A stretch of 64,000 nucleotides of DNA from Candidatus Limnocylindrales bacterium (lineage in GTDB: Bacteria; Chloroflexota; Limnocylindria; Limnocylindrales; CSP1-4): assembly GCA_038251965.1 (NCBI GenBank), contig JBBSAV010000002.1:19561-83560 (forward strand), in the 5' to 3' direction. The translations under genes and the position numbers were made by a program. Shown piece after piece: positions 38,706 through 47,795 of this stretch. The notes below the pieces were generated by a model, which had not been told where the DNA came from, searched no databases, and saw only the letters and a program-made list of their open reading frames with translations. Each line of letters opens with the position of its first letter. The first letter of the stretch is position 1.

Positions 38706-39506
38706 GTGGGGGACCTCGAAAGGAACCGAACGAACGTGCAATCCCGCGATAACGACCCCTACAACCGGAGCCAGGCTCCGGGGCAGGTCTCCAACCAGGG
38801 CGCCGCCACCCCCAACACCCTGAGCCAGGACGGCGTCATCGTCGCCAGCCCGCCTCGCGAAGGCTTCCTTACCGGCAGCTTCGTGTGGATGTTCGTGGGC
38901 GTCCTGCTCTCCGCCGTCTCGGCCTGGTTCGTGATGAACAACGAGGGCCTGCAGCAGTCGGTCACTGACTGGGTCTTCTTCCTGCTCATCGGCCAGCTCG
39001 GCCTGGTCCTCTTCATCAACTTCGCCATCACGCGTATCTCATCGGCCGTGGCGCTGGCGCTCTTCTTCGTCTATGCGCTGATGATGGGCCTGGTCTTGGG
39101 TGTCATCGTGCTGGCGTACCTGCCGGAGATCGGTGTCTCCGGTGTGGTCTCCGCCTTCGCCGGCGCGGCCGCGGTCTTCGGTGGAGCGGCAGCCTACGGC
39201 CTGATCACCAAGCGTGATCTGGCCAGCCTGCAGGGCATCCTCTTCATGGGCCTCATCGGGCTCGTCGTGGTCATGGTCATCCAGCTCTTCCTGTTCCCCG
39301 GCAACTCGCTGGCCAATCTGCTCATCGGCATCGTCGGCGTGGTCCTCTTCACCGGCATCACCGCCTGGGATGTGCAGCGCCTGAAGAACGGCACCATGCC
39401 CAACATCAACAAGGAATCGGCCACCGTGCTGGGCGCACTGGCGCTGTACCTCGACTTCATCAACCTGTTCCTGTTCATGCTTCGGATCTTCGGCAGCAGC
39501 CGCTGA
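38706..39506 (+). CDS. Bax inhibitor-1/YccA-family membrane protein
   Basis: 7 TM helices; FTGITAWDVQRLK and ALALYLDFINLFL motifs. Start at GTG 38706 or GTG 38736. Confidence 0.8.
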   Translation: MGDLERNRTNVQSRDNDPYNRSQAPGQVSNQGAATPNTLSQDGVIVASPPREGFLTGSFVWMFVGVLLSAVSAWFVMNNEGLQQSVTDWVFFLLIGQLGLVLFINFAITRISSAVALALFFVYALMMGLVLGVIVLAYLPEIGVSGVVSAFAGAAAVFGGAAAYGLITKRDLASLQGILFMGLIGLVVVMVIQLFLFPGNSLANLLIGIVGVVLFTGITAWDVQRLKNGTMPNINKESATVLGALALYLDFINLFLFMLRIFGSSR

Positions 39507-39614
39507 CGAATCCGGGCTCACGCGCCCGGATGCCACCCCACGTCGATATGCCACGTCGATGGTGAGAGCGTCGTCGGACACCGGCCGGGCTTTCGAACCA
39601 GGAGGGGAATACCG

Positions 39615-40502
39615 ATGACGCAGGCGCTGACACGAGTGGGCTTCTGCGGTCTGGGAACCATGGGCGCCGCGATGGCTGCCAACCTGGCCGCAGCCGGATT
39701 CCCGCTGACGGTCTGGAACCGCACGCCGGGTCGGGCGACAGCGGCGCTGGCTGCCGGTGCCGTCGAGGCACCCGACCCCGCGGCCGTGGCCGCGGCCAGC
39801 GACGTCGTGATCATCTGCGTCTCCGACACGCCTGACGTGCAGTCGGTCATCTTCGATGAGGGCGGGCTGGCCGACGGTCTGACCAAGGGCGCACTGGTCA
39901 TCGACTGCTCGACCATCGCGCCGCGCGCCACGCGGGGTTTAGCCGACCGACTGGCGGAGGCCGGCGTCGGTTTCGTTGACGCTCCCGTCTCAGGTGGTTC
40001 GGAGGGCGCCCTGAAGGCCACGCTGACGATCATGGTCGGTGGGTCTGATGTCGACGTCGCGCGCGCGACCCCCGTGCTGAAGGCGATGGGCTCATCGATC
40101 ACGCACATGGGCCCGGTCGGGGCCGGACAGGTCACCAAGGCCGTCAACCAGGTGATGATGTCCGGCCTCTACTTCAGTGTCGCTGAGGGCATGGTGCTGG
40201 CGATGAAGTCAGGCCTTGATCCCAGACAGGTGGCTGAGGCGCTGGGTGGCGGTGCCGCTTCTTCGTGGGTGTTGCACAACCGCAGCGGACGCATGATCGA
40301 CAACGAGTACCCGCTGGGGTTCCGTCTGTCGCTACACCTCAAGGACCTGACCATCGCTCTGGAGCAGGCTCGAGAGGTGGGGGCGGCACTGCCGGTATCG
40401 GCGCTGGCTGCCCAGATCGAGGCTGCGCTGGTGGCGCGCGGGCACGGCGATGACGACAACTCCGCGCTGGCGCGTGCGCTGCGTGAATGGAGCGGGCTGT
40501 GA
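39615..40502 (+). CDS. NAD(P)-dependent 3-hydroxyisobutyrate/2-hydroxy-3-oxopropionate reductase-family dehydrogenase
   Basis: VGFCGLGTMGAAMAANL Rossmann motif; DAPVSGG; KAVNQ. Confidence 0.85.
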   Translation: MTQALTRVGFCGLGTMGAAMAANLAAAGFPLTVWNRTPGRATAALAAGAVEAPDPAAVAAASDVVIICVSDTPDVQSVIFDEGGLADGLTKGALVIDCSTIAPRATRGLADRLAEAGVGFVDAPVSGGSEGALKATLTIMVGGSDVDVARATPVLKAMGSSITHMGPVGAGQVTKAVNQVMMSGLYFSVAEGMVLAMKSGLDPRQVAEALGGGAASSWVLHNRSGRMIDNEYPLGFRLSLHLKDLTIALEQAREVGAALPVSALAAQIEAALVARGHGDDDNSALARALREWSGL

Positions 40503-41734
40503 GCGAGCGCGTGACCGCTCGTGCTGATGTCGCCATCATCGGTGCTGGCATCGTGGGACTGGCGACGGCGCTGCGCCTGCTGGAACGCAAACCCGAGCTC
40601 TCCATCGTCATCCTGGAGAAGGAGTCCACGGTCGCCTCGCACCAGACCGGCCACAACAGTGGCGTCCTCCACGCCGGTCTCTACTACCAGCCGGGTTCGC
40701 TCAAGGCGCGGCTCTGCCGCGAGGGCAAGGCCGACCTGGAGGACTACTGCCTGGCCCATGGCGTACCCATCGAGCACCCCGGCAAGCTGGTGATCGCGCT
40801 CGACGAGTCGGAGCTGGGACGGTTCGCGGAGCTCAAGGAGCGCGCCGTCGCCAACGCGGTCCCGGGGCTCGAGGAGGTCGGCCCCGAACGCATCCGCGAG
40901 CTGGAACCGCACGCGGTCGGGATAAAGGCGTTGTGGAGTCCCGGCACCGGGATCGTCGACTTCCTCGCCGTGGCGCACGCCTTCGCCCATGACGTGGTGG
41001 AGCGCGGGGCTGTCATCGAGACGCGGCGTGCGGTGGAGTCGATCGAACGGCGCGGCGACGAGCTGGTCCTGGGCACCTCCCGTGGCGACCTGGTCGCACG
41101 CCGAGTCATCGCCTGCGCCGGGCTGCAAGCTGACCGCGTCGCGGCCATGTCTAGCGGGGCCGACGAAGGTGATGAGGAACGGCCGCGCATCGTGCCCTTC
41201 CGCGGCGACTACTACACCCTGAAGCCGGAGGCGGAGCACCTCGTTCGCGGACTCATCTACCCGGTGCCCGACCCGCAGTTCCCCTTCCTGGGCGTGCACT
41301 TCACCAAGCGGATCGACGGCAGCGTCCTGGCCGGCCCCAACGCCGTCCTGGCCACGTCCCGCGAGGGCTACGGCCGCCTCGACGTGTCGCTGCGAGACTT
41401 GGCCGACACCATCACCTATCCCGGCTTCCGCAAGCTGGCTCGTCGCTTCTGGCGCATGGGCGCGGCCGAGATGTGGCGCGACTGGTACAAGCGGGCCTCC
41501 GTTGCCGATCTGCGCCGTTTCGTGCCGGCGCTCAGCTCCGACCACCTGGTCTTTGGGCCTTCGGGCATCCGTGCCCAGGCGCTGGGGGCTGATGGGTCGA
41601 TGGTGGACGACTTCCTGCTGGGTGGCTCGGACCGCGTATTGCACGTCCTCAACGCACCGTCTCCGGCGGCCACCTCGTCGCTAGCCATCGGTCGAGTGTT
41701 GGCCGGCGAGGCCATCGATCGCTTCGGCCAGTAG
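40499..41734 (+). CDS. lhgO: L-2-hydroxyglutarate oxidase (FAD)
   Basis: DVAIIGAGIVGLATA; HQTGHNSGVLHAGLYYQPGSLKA. GTG 40499 gives a GTGA overlap; alternative ATG at 40487. Confidence 0.8.
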   Translation: MSERVTARADVAIIGAGIVGLATALRLLERKPELSIVILEKESTVASHQTGHNSGVLHAGLYYQPGSLKARLCREGKADLEDYCLAHGVPIEHPGKLVIALDESELGRFAELKERAVANAVPGLEEVGPERIRELEPHAVGIKALWSPGTGIVDFLAVAHAFAHDVVERGAVIETRRAVESIERRGDELVLGTSRGDLVARRVIACAGLQADRVAAMSSGADEGDEERPRIVPFRGDYYTLKPEAEHLVRGLIYPVPDPQFPFLGVHFTKRIDGSVLAGPNAVLATSREGYGRLDVSLRDLADTITYPGFRKLARRFWRMGAAEMWRDWYKRASVADLRRFVPALSSDHLVFGPSGIRAQALGADGSMVDDFLLGGSDRVLHVLNAPSPAATSSLAIGRVLAGEAIDRFGQ

Positions 41735-41830
41735 AGGGCGGGGCGCGCGGCAGCGATTCGTACCGATGTCGCCGGGTTCGGGTTGCGTGTACGCTGTGGC
41801 CTGCCTGTCATCCATCGATGAGGTTTTGAC

Positions 41831-42757
41831 ATGACGTGGGAGAACCAGGGCCCCGCGACGCCGCAGGATCCGCGTGCGACCGGCGCCTATCAGCAGCCAC
41901 AGGGCCAGATGCCGCCCGAGTGGCCATCCGGGGGCCAGATGCCGCCCCCTGGGCAGATGCCACCGGGCCAGATGCCGCCCCCTGGGCAGATGCCGCCCGG
42001 GTACCCGCCGCCGGATCCATGGGGCCAGCCGCCGCCCGCCTACGGGCAGCCTGACGCATCATGGGGTCCGCCACCCGCTGCTGCTCCACCACCACCCCCG
42101 CAGATGTGGCGGCCGCCGCCGGCCTTCCCCTTGGCGCCGGATGCGTATCCGGTCAACGTCTCTTACGATCGCGACACGCGAATCAACAGGCTCTGGGGCA
42201 TCCCGATCATCGGCCAGGGCATCCGCTGGATCCTGCTCATCCCCCACTTCATCGTGATGATGCTGATCGGCATCGTGGCGGCCATCCAGATCCTGGTGGC
42301 CTGGATCCCGGTGCTGCTGCTGGGCCGCTTCCCCGGATGGGGCTATCGCTGGGTCGGCGGCCTGTTGGGCTACAACCTCCGCGTCACTGCCTACGCCTTG
42401 CTCATGACATCGACGTACCCGCCGTTCTCGCTCTCCGGCGAGTACTTTCCGGTGAGCGTCCGTTTCGATGAAGGTGTCCGCATCAACCGGCTCTGGGGTA
42501 TCCCGGTCATCGGCCAGCTTGTCCGTGCGCTCTTGCTGATCCCGCACTTCGTCATCCTTTGGATCCTTGCGATCCTGGCGGCGTTCCTGATGATCTTCGT
42601 GTGGGTGCCGGTGTTGTTCCTCGGTCGCCAGGCTGACCTCATCTATACCGTGGTCGGTGGCGTCTACCGCTGGCAGTTGCGCATCAGCGCATACCTGCTG
42701 CTGATGGTCGATCGCTACCCACCCTTCTCACTCGGAGAGGACGACCCGCGACTGTGA
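41831..42757 (+). CDS. DUF4389 tandem-domain membrane protein with Pro-rich repeat N-terminus
   Basis: GQMPP(P)GQMPP repeats; two copies of INRLWGIP(I/V)IGQ..R..LLIPHF(I/V). Confidence 0.7.
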   Translation: MTWENQGPATPQDPRATGAYQQPQGQMPPEWPSGGQMPPPGQMPPGQMPPPGQMPPGYPPPDPWGQPPPAYGQPDASWGPPPAAAPPPPPQMWRPPPAFPLAPDAYPVNVSYDRDTRINRLWGIPIIGQGIRWILLIPHFIVMMLIGIVAAIQILVAWIPVLLLGRFPGWGYRWVGGLLGYNLRVTAYALLMTSTYPPFSLSGEYFPVSVRFDEGVRINRLWGIPVIGQLVRALLLIPHFVILWILAILAAFLMIFVWVPVLFLGRQADLIYTVVGGVYRWQLRISAYLLLMVDRYPPFSLGEDDPRL

Positions 42758-43362
42758 CAGAACCCATCCACGAAAACGACGACAACGGCGGTAGCGGGAC
42801 TGGCGACACGCCCGAGGGAGATGGTGTCTCCGAGGCCACGGGTACGCCGGAGGGCGCCGGTGCTTCGAAGGGCGCCGCTACGCACGACCAGCTCGATGGC
42901 GCGCTCGCGGCGGCCGAAGCCACGCTGCGGCGAGTGCCGGAGGTCGACTACCTGCTTGTGGCCGATCGTGCCGAGGTCGTCAACGGCAAGCTCTACCTCA
43001 TGGGCGGCAGTTGGGATCGCATCCAACCCCCGCAGTTCCCGCATCGCATGATGCTGGGCATCGCCTTGGGGGTGCGCATCCCCTTCGCCTTTACCGATGC
43101 CCAGCACACCGTGGCCATCGAACTGATGCACGATGACACTCGGATGATCGGCTTCGAGGCCAAGCTGTCCACGGGCCGACCGCCCGGCATGGCCGGCATG
43201 GACATGCTGGTGCCGATGGCGTTCAACATCCCTATCGCCATTCCCGGCGAGGGTCAGGTCACGCTGCGCGCGGCCATCGATCAGTATCCCGGCCGGCGCC
43301 ACGAGATCAAGGTCATCCAGCGTCCGGCGCAGCAGGGCCAAGGGCAGGTCCGACCCTCGTAA
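42754..43362 (+). CDS. Hypothetical protein translationally coupled to the DUF4389 gene
   Basis: GTGA overlap; acidic disordered N-terminus then a ~140-aa domain (LLVADRAEVVNGKLYLMGGSWDRI...). Confidence 0.5.
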   Translation: MTEPIHENDDNGGSGTGDTPEGDGVSEATGTPEGAGASKGAATHDQLDGALAAAEATLRRVPEVDYLLVADRAEVVNGKLYLMGGSWDRIQPPQFPHRMMLGIALGVRIPFAFTDAQHTVAIELMHDDTRMIGFEAKLSTGRPPGMAGMDMLVPMAFNIPIAIPGEGQVTLRAAIDQYPGRRHEIKVIQRPAQQGQGQVRPS

Positions 43363-43412
43363 CTTGCCTGTGAGCCGGCCGCAACTCACGTCCAGCCGCA
43401 GTTGGTGCCAAG

Positions 43413-43477
43413 TCGCATCGTGCGCCTCGCATCGTGCGCGTCGCCTCGCATCGTGCGCCTTGCCTCACATCTTGCGC
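43413..43477. repeat. Four short direct repeats tcgcatcgtgcgc (last copy degenerate)
   Basis: Copies at 43413, 43427 and 43446, with degenerate tcacatcttgcgc at 43465. Confidence 0.85.
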
Positions 43478-43900
43478 CAAGCTGATTCTGATCAGATGTT
43501 GACTGGGGCGGCCCCAGCGACTTGCATGGCGGCTGTGGCCCCAGCGGCAGGCACGTGCGGCGTCCTGACGAACTCGGACGACCGCGACCCATGCCCGCTG
43601 CTGCCTCGAATATGCCCGCGCGGGCATGGTCTTGTGGTGCGACCTGGTCGTTTTGACAGCGGTTGGCGTGCCTGAAGTGCAGCAGGCGGCACATGGGCGC
43701 GCGGCAGGTGGCACATGCTGCCCAAGGTTGGCGATTCTTGACCCTGCGAACAGCCACGGAGGTTGACGCGCATCGCGCCTCGGTAGATGCTCCCGCTGGC
43801 GTTCGGGTGCCAATGGCCGACCTGTCCGGGTGGCCCGCGCTCGAACGGCATTCCGCGAGTCTGGTGGCCAGGACCGCCGAACGACGCCAAGGGGGACGTG

Positions 43901-46183
43901 ATGAAACCTCGCTCGATCTCGGCCATCGTGCTGTGTGCGACGATGCTGTTGCCATCGGTGGCCGCTGCGCAGTCGCCTACTGCATCGGCATCGCCATCGG
44001 TGTTGCCATCGGCCGTCGAGGAAGCATCGCCCGCCGAGGAGGCTCCGCTGGCCAATGCCACGCGACCCCTGACACACGACGAGCTGCTCACGATTCGTGG
44101 GGCATGCACGCAAGGTGGTTGCGGCAGCCGCACGTTGGTGGCGGACGCGATCATCGAGCGGGAACCTCCCATCCGCGGGGAGGTCGAGCGGATCGACAGC
44201 GGCAAGGTGCTGGGGACGCTGCCTCGCGGGGGCGTGCCTCCCGGGGACCCGGTCGTCCTTGCCCGAAAGCCGGCAGCCGCAGGGTTGCCTCGCGGTGGCT
44301 CGCCGATCACCGGGCTGCTGGCCATCGAGCTACGGAGCCAGTCCCTCCAGTACCTCGGCCGCGTGGAGACCCCGGCAGGAACATACCTGACGCCCATCGA
44401 GCCCGCGGCTATGGCTGTTGCGGATGCTCTCCCCGCCGGCGCGCTGATCGCCGCGCGCGGCTGGCTGACCTCCGATGCGGTGGCCGCGACCGACCCGGCT
44501 GACCCCTCGGCTCCCGATGAGTTCGGCATCCCGGTGCCGCATCGCAGCCTTGAAATGTTCACCCAGGATCTGTCGCACGGAGCAGCGCAACCGGCCTCGT
44601 ACCTCTTGCGGCACGTCGCGAACCCCGTCGTGGGCGAGGAGCCGGCACTCGGCTGGCAGGTCATCGCCCGCCTGGACCCGGCCGAGGACGTCGCGCTCCC
44701 GAACCCGACCCTGTCCGCCGACATCGCGCGGCCGGGAGGCCTCGATTGGCGGCCGGGACTGGAACGACAACCGCCGGCCGACGGCTGGTGGCTGTACTCG
44801 ACCGCGTGGGCCGGTGGCTTCGCGTCCGTCCACCAGGGTCGGGATCGTGTGCTCTCAGGGTGGGTCTCACCTGACGGACGGGCGTGGAAGGGGACTGAGC
44901 TGCCGAGCGGCATTCGCAGCGTGCAGGCGCTGCTGCGTCTCGGGGACGGATTAGCCATCATCGCTGACGAGTCCCCGCCGTACGCTGACTGGCGCTTCGA
45001 TGTCTGGCGTTCTGACGACGGGCTCGAGTGGCGCCAGGTCGGTCGCCAGCGCGTGCGGGCACCCCAGCGCTTCGATGCACCCAGCGAGTTCGAGGGCTAC
45101 CGCCGTCTGGTGCAGGGATACTGGACGCTGGGCGATCGGATCGTGGCGCTCGAGACGTACACCACCACGCGCTGTTGTGGGCGATCGAACGGACTGGAGT
45201 TCGTGGCCCGGCAGCCGCGGCAGCCGAACGCGACGTTCGCCTGGACCAGCCGGGACGGGAAGCGCTGGCAGCGGCAACGGGCTCGCGGTGTCCCCGCCAC
45301 CGTCGGCTACCAGATCGGCCACCGGGTCACCCAGGGCGACCGCGAGCTGTTCGTCGACTGGGGCGTCCCCTCGCAGGTGCTGGCGCGATCGACCGACGGA
45401 GTCAGCTGGGATGGGATGGGCCGCTACCCCGACGAGCTCGATGACGTGTCACGGGCCCTGTTCACCCGGGCGGCTGACGGCTTCGTCCTCGCCGGTAGCG
45501 TCGAGGGCACACGTGATGATGGCTGGCTGGACACGTTCGTGGTCTGGCACAGCACCGATGGCACAGAGTGGGATCGGACCTACGAACGCCCCGACGGGCG
45601 GCCCAACGCGATCGTGTCTTCCGGCGGGACCGTCATCGTGGCAGGCAACGATCCTGACCGTACCGACCCGACGCTCGATCCGCTGCCGGAGCGTCCATGG
45701 CTGCTCGTCTCGGACGATGGCGGTCGGACGTGGGACCCGGAGCTGGCCTGGGTCGGTGAGGACGATTGGTGCCTGCGCTCGCTCTCCACCACTGATGGCG
45801 TCGTCTCCCTCGATGCTGCCTGCGCCACACCGGATGCTGCGTCAACGTATGCGGTGAGGGCCGGGCCCACAGCTGCCGATCCTGTGGCCGCCGGCCGTTC
45901 GCCAGCGACGCTGCCGGTCTGGAACGATGCCATCCGCGACCCCGAACCCCCGGACCGGGCAGTGCCGCTTCGCCGAGGCACCCGTGCCATCACGCCGGGC
46001 GAGGCCAGGCGAGGCGGCTTCGAAGTCATCGAGCCGACTGCCATCGGTCGGGCCGTGACGGCAAGGACCGAACAGGTGCGAGGTGCGAGGCGAGGTGCGC
46101 GAAGCGGCTGGACGTGCCGCCGGTCGGTCGTTCGAAATCCTGGATTCGGTTTTCGACGAAGACGGCTCGATCATCGGTGGTGA
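43901..46183 (+). CDS. Secreted protein: unknown N-terminal domain plus Asp-box (BNR-like) beta-propeller; paralog of 50030-52057
   Basis: aaggggga RBS; signal peptide; Asp-box-like SDDGLEW, SRDGKRW, STDGVSW, STDGTEW, SDDGGRTW. The last ~35 codons look out-of-frame (see the heptamer-repeat finding at 46074-46099). Confidence 0.65.
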   Translation: MKPRSISAIVLCATMLLPSVAAAQSPTASASPSVLPSAVEEASPAEEAPLANATRPLTHDELLTIRGACTQGGCGSRTLVADAIIEREPPIRGEVERIDSGKVLGTLPRGGVPPGDPVVLARKPAAAGLPRGGSPITGLLAIELRSQSLQYLGRVETPAGTYLTPIEPAAMAVADALPAGALIAARGWLTSDAVAATDPADPSAPDEFGIPVPHRSLEMFTQDLSHGAAQPASYLLRHVANPVVGEEPALGWQVIARLDPAEDVALPNPTLSADIARPGGLDWRPGLERQPPADGWWLYSTAWAGGFASVHQGRDRVLSGWVSPDGRAWKGTELPSGIRSVQALLRLGDGLAIIADESPPYADWRFDVWRSDDGLEWRQVGRQRVRAPQRFDAPSEFEGYRRLVQGYWTLGDRIVALETYTTTRCCGRSNGLEFVARQPRQPNATFAWTSRDGKRWQRQRARGVPATVGYQIGHRVTQGDRELFVDWGVPSQVLARSTDGVSWDGMGRYPDELDDVSRALFTRAADGFVLAGSVEGTRDDGWLDTFVVWHSTDGTEWDRTYERPDGRPNAIVSSGGTVIVAGNDPDRTDPTLDPLPERPWLLVSDDGGRTWDPELAWVGEDDWCLRSLSTTDGVVSLDAACATPDAASTYAVRAGPTAADPVAAGRSPATLPVWNDAIRDPEPPDRAVPLRRGTRAITPGEARRGGFEVIEPTAIGRAVTARTEQVRGARRGARSGWTCRRSVVRNPGFGFRRRRLDHRW

Positions 46184-46301
46184 GTTCAGCTTCGACTGGG
46201 ATCCCGTCTATTACTACGAGCCCGGGCACCATGTGGGATCCACGGACACCTACGTGTGGCGCATCGATGAGGACTGGTATGCGGAGGGGTCGGGCGACTA
46301 G
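46083..46301 (+). CDS. Small acidic/aromatic ORF, or displaced C-terminal segment of the preceding gene
   Basis: FEILDSVFDEDGSIIGGEFSFDWDPVYYYEPGHHVGSTDTYVWRIDEDWYAEGSGD is protein-like. It overlaps the 3' end of 43901-46183 in another frame. Confidence 0.35.
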   Translation: MRGEVREAAGRAAGRSFEILDSVFDEDGSIIGGEFSFDWDPVYYYEPGHHVGSTDTYVWRIDEDWYAEGSGD

Positions 46302-46494
46302 CGGTACATCAGGGCGGCCGAGAATCGGTCGTCGGCCATGTCCGCATGCGCATACTGTTCCGCCGGGCAGTGGAGCGTGCCAACGGCCCGGTTCATCGGG
46401 CGTCCACACTCGCACCCGGGGCGCTACCATCGCGGCGGGTGGTGACGCGAGGGTCATCGCCCGCCTACGTGCACCAGGGGGAGCGATCCACACC

Positions 46495-47640
46495 ATGACC
46501 CACATCCGGACCTGCCTCGGACCCATCGGGGCCCTCATCATGGTCTTCTCGGTGGTCGCCGCGTTGCCGGTCGCCGGAGCCGATGTCGAACAGGTCGGAC
46601 GACTGAGCGACGCACGCAGCGGCCACGCGTCCGTCCGGCTCCCCGATGGACACATCCTGGTCATCGGCGGGAAGCGCTCTGCTGGCGGGGGAGACGTGCG
46701 CACCGCCGAACTCATCGACCCGGCGACCGGGCGGTCCCGTCCTGCCGGCGTGCTGCCCCGGCGCATCATCGACGCGGATGCGGTCACCGTGCGCGGTGGG
46801 CGGGTGCTCATCGTGGGTGGCTCGGGCGGCAGCTCCTGCGCATCGGCCCAGGCGCTGCTCTGGCACGCACGAACCAGGACGTTCACGCAGGTCCACGCCA
46901 TCCCGCAGAGTCAGGGGGCCAGCGCCACGCGACTCGCCGACGGACGGATCCTCATCGCCGGTGGAGGAGCGGTCTGCCGCGACGGCCGGCTCGTACAGAG
47001 CGGGCGAGCCAAGGCCATCATCTGGGATCCCGCGACCGGGTCGAGCACGCCCACAGGCTCGCTCCGCTGGGCCCGCGAGTATCACGATGCAGTCCGCTTG
47101 GCCGACGGGCGCGTCCTCGTCGCGGGTGGACAGTCCTGTCGTTACGACGACGACTACGGATCCTGCGCGCTGCGTTCGAAGGCAGAGGTATGGGACCCCG
47201 CCACCGGCACCTGGACCGCTGCCGGCACATCGGGCATCACTTCCGGCCTTGTCCGTCTGGCCGATGGCCGGGTCGCAGCTGCTAGCTCGTGGGACCGACC
47301 GTCCGGGACACTGCGGATCTGGGATCCGGGGAGCGGCCGCTTCGGGCCTGCTCCAGCAGATCCGCCTCGCGTCGTGTTCGGTGCCGCGGCCGCCCGAACC
47401 GCCGATGGCCGGCTCGCACTCATCGGCGGGGAGCGCGCGCATGATCGTCCGCTCCGGACCATCCAGCTCTGGGACCCGGTCAGCGGTACCACCGTCACGG
47501 ACCCGATCACGGGGGCCGTGCCGCTCCGCGGCCAAAGCGTGACCCGGTTGCCAGGTAACCGACTCGTCGTCATCGGCGGCGCGTTGCGGGGCAGGCGGCA
47601 CGATGTCGCCTCTGATCGCATCACCGTGATCCGCCCTTGA
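46495..47640 (+). CDS. Secreted Kelch-repeat beta-propeller protein
   Basis: aggggga RBS; signal peptide; about 7 blades with (L/T)ADGR(V/I)L(V/I)(A/I)GG and DP(A/V)(T/S)G motifs. Confidence 0.7.
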   Translation: MTHIRTCLGPIGALIMVFSVVAALPVAGADVEQVGRLSDARSGHASVRLPDGHILVIGGKRSAGGGDVRTAELIDPATGRSRPAGVLPRRIIDADAVTVRGGRVLIVGGSGGSSCASAQALLWHARTRTFTQVHAIPQSQGASATRLADGRILIAGGGAVCRDGRLVQSGRAKAIIWDPATGSSTPTGSLRWAREYHDAVRLADGRVLVAGGQSCRYDDDYGSCALRSKAEVWDPATGTWTAAGTSGITSGLVRLADGRVAAASSWDRPSGTLRIWDPGSGRFGPAPADPPRVVFGAAAARTADGRLALIGGERAHDRPLRTIQLWDPVSGTTVTDPITGAVPLRGQSVTRLPGNRLVVIGGALRGRRHDVASDRITVIRP

Positions 47641-47795
47641 TGGCATAGGTCCCGGACCGCCGTTTCGATTTCTTCACCTTCTGTGAACCGAATGAGTTTG
47701 ACTGAGCGGGAACCCCGGACCATGCTGGTCCGGCCCGCAAGCTGCTGCAGCGTTCGCTGCCGCTGCGCTTGCAGCCAGTACACAGGGGGTGCCAC

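Noticed and set aside
40169-41644. 491-aa minus-strand ORF
   Set aside because: It is antisense to lhgO, which has clear FAD and LhgO motifs.
46114-46494. N-terminal extension of the Kelch ORF (track start 46114)
   Set aside because: The upstream 127 codons are Arg/Gly/Ser-rich nonsense. A good RBS and signal peptide define the start at 46495.
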